Shown here in pieces: positions 60,508 to 64,000 of a stretch of DNA of 64,000 bases. The DNA comes from Desulfomicrobium sp. Lineage in GTDB: Bacteria > Desulfobacterota > Desulfovibrionia > Desulfovibrionales > Desulfomicrobiaceae. The notes below the pieces were generated by a model. That model searched no databases and had not been told where the DNA came from. It was given only the letters and a program-made list of their open reading frames with translations. The position numbers were made by a program, and so were the translations under genes. Position 1 is the first letter of the stretch, and each line of letters opens with the position of its first letter. The DNA lies in contig JAXGMI010000001.1 in assembly GCA_040768745.1 (NCBI GenBank), positions 1,824,001 through 1,888,000 on the forward strand, given 5' to 3'.

Positions 60508-60987
60508 TTACGCAGCGTTGAATTCGCCGCTTTTTCCACCGCTTTTGTGGGTCAGCCGGCAATCAGTGATGCGGATGTCGCGCTGGACAGCCTTGCACAT
60601 ATCGTAAACCGTCATGGCCGCCACCTGGGCGGCGACCAGGGCCTCCATTTCCACTCCCGTCGGCCCGGTGGTCCGGGCCTCGGCCTCGACGTCGATGCTG
60701 AAGTCCGTTGGGACCGGGGTGAGACGCACGTCCACCTTGGACAGGAAAATGGGGTGGCACATGGGGATCAGTTCCGAGGTCCGTTTGGCGGCCAGGATGC
60801 CGGCGATCTTGGCCGTGGTCAGCACGTCGCCCTTGGGCAAGGCGTTTTTCGTCAGCAGGCCGAAGGTGTGGGCGTTCAGGAGCACACGAGCCTTGACCAC
60901 GGCCCTGCGCTTGGTGTCGGTTTTGTCCCCGACGTCGACCATGACCACGTTTCCGGATTCGTCGATATGGGTCAGTTTTTCATCCAT
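60508..60987 (-). CDS. moaC: Cyclic pyranopterin monophosphate synthase
   Basis: LTH, MVDV, KGDVL, LIPMCHP, TGVEMEAL, YDMCK. Confidence 0.96.
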   Translation of the reverse strand: MDEKLTHIDESGNVVMVDVGDKTDTKRRAVVKARVLLNAHTFGLLTKNALPKGDVLTTAKIAGILAAKRTSELIPMCHPIFLSKVDVRLTPVPTDFSIDVEAEARTTGPTGVEMEALVAAQVAAMTVYDMCKAVQRDIRITDCRLTHKSGGKSGEFNAA

Positions 60988-61053
60988 CGTCCGCTCCACA
61001 AAGCAGAAGGGCCGGAAGACAAGCTTTCCGGCCCTGCAGCGCAAATGTTTGGC

Positions 61054-62163
61054 CTAATCGCCCATGGCCTTCTTGAAAAAATCCTTGACCTTGTTCAAGG
61101 GGCGCTTGTCCTCCAGCTTTTCAAACTCCCGCAGCAGCTCTTCCTGCTTCTTGGTCACGCTGGTGGGAATGCGCACCGATACCTCGACCAGGAGATCGCC
61201 CTTCTGGCTGCTGCCCAGGTGCGGGAGCCCCATGCCCTTGATGCGCAGAATTTTGCCGGACTGGGTCCCCTTGGGGATTTCCAGCGTTACGGGGTCATCC
61301 AGGGTGGGCACGTCGATCTTGGATCCGAGGATGGCCTGCACTATGGAGATGTCCGCCACAATGACGAGATCCTGCCCACGCCGGGTGAAGATCTTGTCTT
61401 CCTCCACGTAGATGACGACGTACAGGTCTCCGTAGGGGCCGCCGAACTCACCTGGCTCGCCCTCGCCGCGGAGCCGCAGACGACTGCCGTTGTCCACTCC
61501 TGCAGGGATGCGCACCTTGAGGTTTTTGTTGGCCTGCACGATGCCCTGGCCGCGGCACCTGGCGCAAGGGTGGGTGATGACCTTGCCTTCCCCGCGACAG
61601 ACCGGACAGGGGACGGAAATGCGGAAAAAGCCCTGGCTCTGGGTGACCTGACCCTGACCGCGGCAGTGCTGGCAGGATTCTGGGCTGTGCCCCGGGGCCG
61701 AGCCTGACCCGGAACACTCGGAACAGACTTCCTTTTTGGGGATGTTCAGCTCCACTTCCGTGCCTTTGGCCGCATCCCGGAAAGACACTGTCAGGTTGTA
61801 GCGGAGATCGGCCCCGGCCCGAGGCCTGCGCCGCGATCCCGCAGCCGCTCCAAATCCGAAAAAATCGCCGAAAATATCGCCAAAAGCGCTGAACACGTCG
61901 TCCGCGGAATGGAAGTGGTCCCCGAATCCTTGACCGTTGACCCCGGAGTGGCCAAAACGGTTGTACTGGGCGCGTTTGCTCTCGTCGCCCAGGACCTCGT
62001 AGGCTTCGGCCGCTTCCTTGAACCTGTCCTCGGCCTCGGGGTTGTCGGGATTGCGGTCCGGATGGTACTGGAAGGCCAGTTTCCGGTAGGCGCTCTTGAT
62101 TTCGTCGGCCGAAGCCTCCCGGCCAACGCCAAGCACCTCATAATAGTCACGTTTGTTCGCCAT
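61054..62163 (-). CDS. dnaJ: Chaperone DnaJ
   Basis: HPD J-domain, G/F region, four CxxCxGxG. Confidence 0.97.
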   Translation of the reverse strand: MANKRDYYEVLGVGREASADEIKSAYRKLAFQYHPDRNPDNPEAEDRFKEAAEAYEVLGDESKRAQYNRFGHSGVNGQGFGDHFHSADDVFSAFGDIFGDFFGFGAAAGSRRRPRAGADLRYNLTVSFRDAAKGTEVELNIPKKEVCSECSGSGSAPGHSPESCQHCRGQGQVTQSQGFFRISVPCPVCRGEGKVITHPCARCRGQGIVQANKNLKVRIPAGVDNGSRLRLRGEGEPGEFGGPYGDLYVVIYVEEDKIFTRRGQDLVIVADISIVQAILGSKIDVPTLDDPVTLEIPKGTQSGKILRIKGMGLPHLGSSQKGDLLVEVSVRIPTSVTKKQEELLREFEKLEDKRPLNKVKDFFKKAMGD

Positions 62164-62393
62164 TATTCGTCCTGGTCATCCGCTTCGAAGCTGAAGTCCT
62201 CGATGTGCTCCACGTCAGGCAACACTTTTCCCTCGGCGATTTCACGCAGGGCGGTCACGACTTCCTTGTTCTTGCTGCTTACCAGGGGATCGTACCCCTC
62301 GTGGAACTGCTTGACCCGCTTGATGGCCATCTGCACGATCAAAAATCTGTTGTTGACCTTTTCCAAGCAATCTTCGACAGTTATTCTGGCCAT
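62163..62393 (-). CDS. rpoZ: RNA polymerase omega subunit
   Basis: [23 protein letters not shown]. Confidence 0.95.
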   Translation of the reverse strand: MARITVEDCLEKVNNRFLIVQMAIKRVKQFHEGYDPLVSSKNKEVVTALREIAEGKVLPDVEHIEDFSFEADDQDE

Positions 62394-62623
62394 TTCCCCT
62401 CCAGGTATATATCGACATGCATTGAAGACAAAAGAAATGCCCGGCCCTTGTCGAGTCAGGCATAACTTTTCTTGCTACGCACAACCCCGCGTGGCTGTCA
62501 ATGCACAATTCGTGCCCGCCAACAGAACACTTTACAGGCCAGCTTTGGCTTTGTAGCGGCATGTGAACTCAATTTCTAATACCCGTTTCGCATCTGTCAA
62601 ATCCGAAAGGTCAGGAGAAGATC

Positions 62624-63373
62624 ATGGCCCAGTGGGGAAAGCTCAAGTATGCCCAGCAGTCCTGCCTCGGTCTGGCCGGAAAGATCATGCAGCAGGCAGG
62701 CATGGCCTGGCCCGGGGCGCGCATAGGTTTGGCCGTGTCCGGAGGGATCGACAGCATGGTCATGCTGCAGGTCATGACCATGCGCCAGCGCATCGTCCCC
62801 TTTCCCATCGAGCTTTTTGTCATCCATCTCAACCCCGGGTTCGATGGTTCGACCCACGCCCCCCTGGCGGAGTGGATGAGAGTCCATGGCGTGGCCGGAC
62901 ATCTGGAAACGACGGACTTCGGCCCCCGGGCCCATTCCCCGGAGAATCGCAAGAAGTCGCCCTGTTTCTTTTGCGCCTGGCACCGCCGCAAGCGTCTTTT
63001 CGACCTTTGCCGGCACTACAACCTGACCCATCTGGCCCTGGGGCACAATACGGACGACCTCGTGTCCACGTTTTTCATGAACATGCTCAACACAGGGAAG
63101 ATCTATGGGTTGGCGCCCAAGGAAGGGTATTTCGGGGGGAGGCTGACCATGATCAGGCCCATGCTTCTGCTCGACAAGAGTACCATCACCCAGGCGTGCC
63201 GCCAATGGGACCTGCCCGTGTGGGAGAACAGGTGTCCGTCCAAGGACAGGACCTCCCGCTCGGATACCCTTGAGAGTGCCCTGAGCCTGTGCGGGAAGGA
63301 CAAACGCATCCGCACCAACATGTTCAACGCCCTGCGGCGTTGGCAAATGGAATCCTGGCCCGGCATGACCTGA
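62624..63373 (+). CDS. TtcA-like PP-loop tRNA thiolation protein
   Basis: SGGIDS, PCFFCAWHRRK, GHNTDD, IRPM. Confidence 0.85.
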   Translation: MAQWGKLKYAQQSCLGLAGKIMQQAGMAWPGARIGLAVSGGIDSMVMLQVMTMRQRIVPFPIELFVIHLNPGFDGSTHAPLAEWMRVHGVAGHLETTDFGPRAHSPENRKKSPCFFCAWHRRKRLFDLCRHYNLTHLALGHNTDDLVSTFFMNMLNTGKIYGLAPKEGYFGGRLTMIRPMLLLDKSTITQACRQWDLPVWENRCPSKDRTSRSDTLESALSLCGKDKRIRTNMFNALRRWQMESWPGMT

Positions 63374-63513
63374 TTTCATTTCAGCGTCGGAAATTTCGCG
63401 TCTGCAGCCGGGCGGAGATGCCTCCCAGGGCCGGACAGGACCATGTGCGCGGGAGGGGTTCGCGAGTTTCGGCTCAGGCCGGCGTGGCGGGGCGCCAGGT
63501 CCGCTAAGCGGGT

Positions 63514-64000
63514 TCAGAAAACCTTGGCCGCAATCATGCTGCTGGAGATGAACACGCCGATGGTCGCTCCCAGGTTGGCGAAGACGACCACCAGCAGGAT
63601 GCGGCTGACCGGGTTCGTCCAGAAGCCCTTCACGGTCAGGACGCTGGTCGGGAGTTCTTCCAGGTCCGATACCGTGGGCTTCTTGACCCAGGCCTGCACC
63701 AGCCCTGCCACCCAACCCGCCGCGAGAATGGGGTGGAGCGTGGTGATGGGGGCGGCCAGGAAGCTGGACAGGATGGTCAGGGGATGTCCGAGGGCCGCGG
63801 CCGATCCCAGGGCCGCCAGCAGACCGGTGACCACCACCCAGATAGAGGCGGCTTGCATGGACGTCTCAACGCCGCCACGGAAAAAGCCGATTCCGAGCAG
63901 CGCGACGAAAAAACCGGGCAGGCCCCATTTCCAGAACGCACCCCACTTGGATGGCGGGGGCAGCTCTTCCAGGGGAGAGAGGTCAATTTCCTGCCCGAAG
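63514..64000 (-). CDS. TraB/GumN-family protein, C-terminal part (starts beyond right edge)
   Basis: GHPLTILSSFLAAPITTLHP..AGWVAGLVQAW..PTVSD..NPVSRILLV. Confidence 0.8.
   Translation of the reverse strand, partial: FGQEIDLSPLEELPPPSKWGAFWKWGLPGFFVALLGIGFFRGGVETSMQAASIWVVVTGLLAALGSAAALGHPLTILSSFLAAPITTLHPILAAGWVAGLVQAWVKKPTVSDLEELPTSVLTVKGFWTNPVSRILLVVVFANLGATIGVFISSSMIAAKVF

Noticed and set aside
1..64000. tRNA, rRNA or riboswitch genes (including a cobalamin riboswitch near cobD-cobQ)
   Set aside because: No recognisable consensus found by eye; an Infernal/Rfam and tRNAscan run would be needed to exclude them.

Overview
GC-rich bacterial chromosome segment. Gene content (nrfHA, hcp, Ehr-type complex, gluQ, moaC-dnaJ-rpoZ) suggests a sulfate-reducing Desulfovibrionales/Desulfomicrobium-like organism; this is inference. 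Positions 1-11.5 kb are an accessory region. It holds a type I R-M locus (hsdM and a partial hsdS) interrupted by a repeat-flanked four-helix-bundle cassette, a chimeric IS1380/IS5 transposase ORF, an AT-rich gene plus a 985-aa metalloprotease-RTX-VWA-cadherin-DUF4214 protein, and an intact IS1634 inserted into a tupA-like relic. Positions 11.5-39 kb carry metabolic and stress genes: a PAS sensor, a FemAB-like gene, rnk with a candidate attenuator, a Lar-like gene, a cobD-cobQ fusion, nrfHA, TetR with a collapsed efflux operon, CBS-HPP-hcp, gluQ, and an 8-gene Ehr-type operon lacking Ni ligands. Positions 39.6-64 kb are core genome: the dcw cluster, a radical SAM gene, an amino-acid ABC transporter, usp, moaC, dnaJ, rpoZ, a ttcA-like gene and a partial TraB gene. 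The most unusual signal is the cassette between hsdM and hsdS: palindromic 9-mer arrays on both flanks, a diverged copy of the hsdM tail, and an unbroken chain of three ATGA stop/start overlaps. All family calls come from motif recognition by eye; no database search was run.
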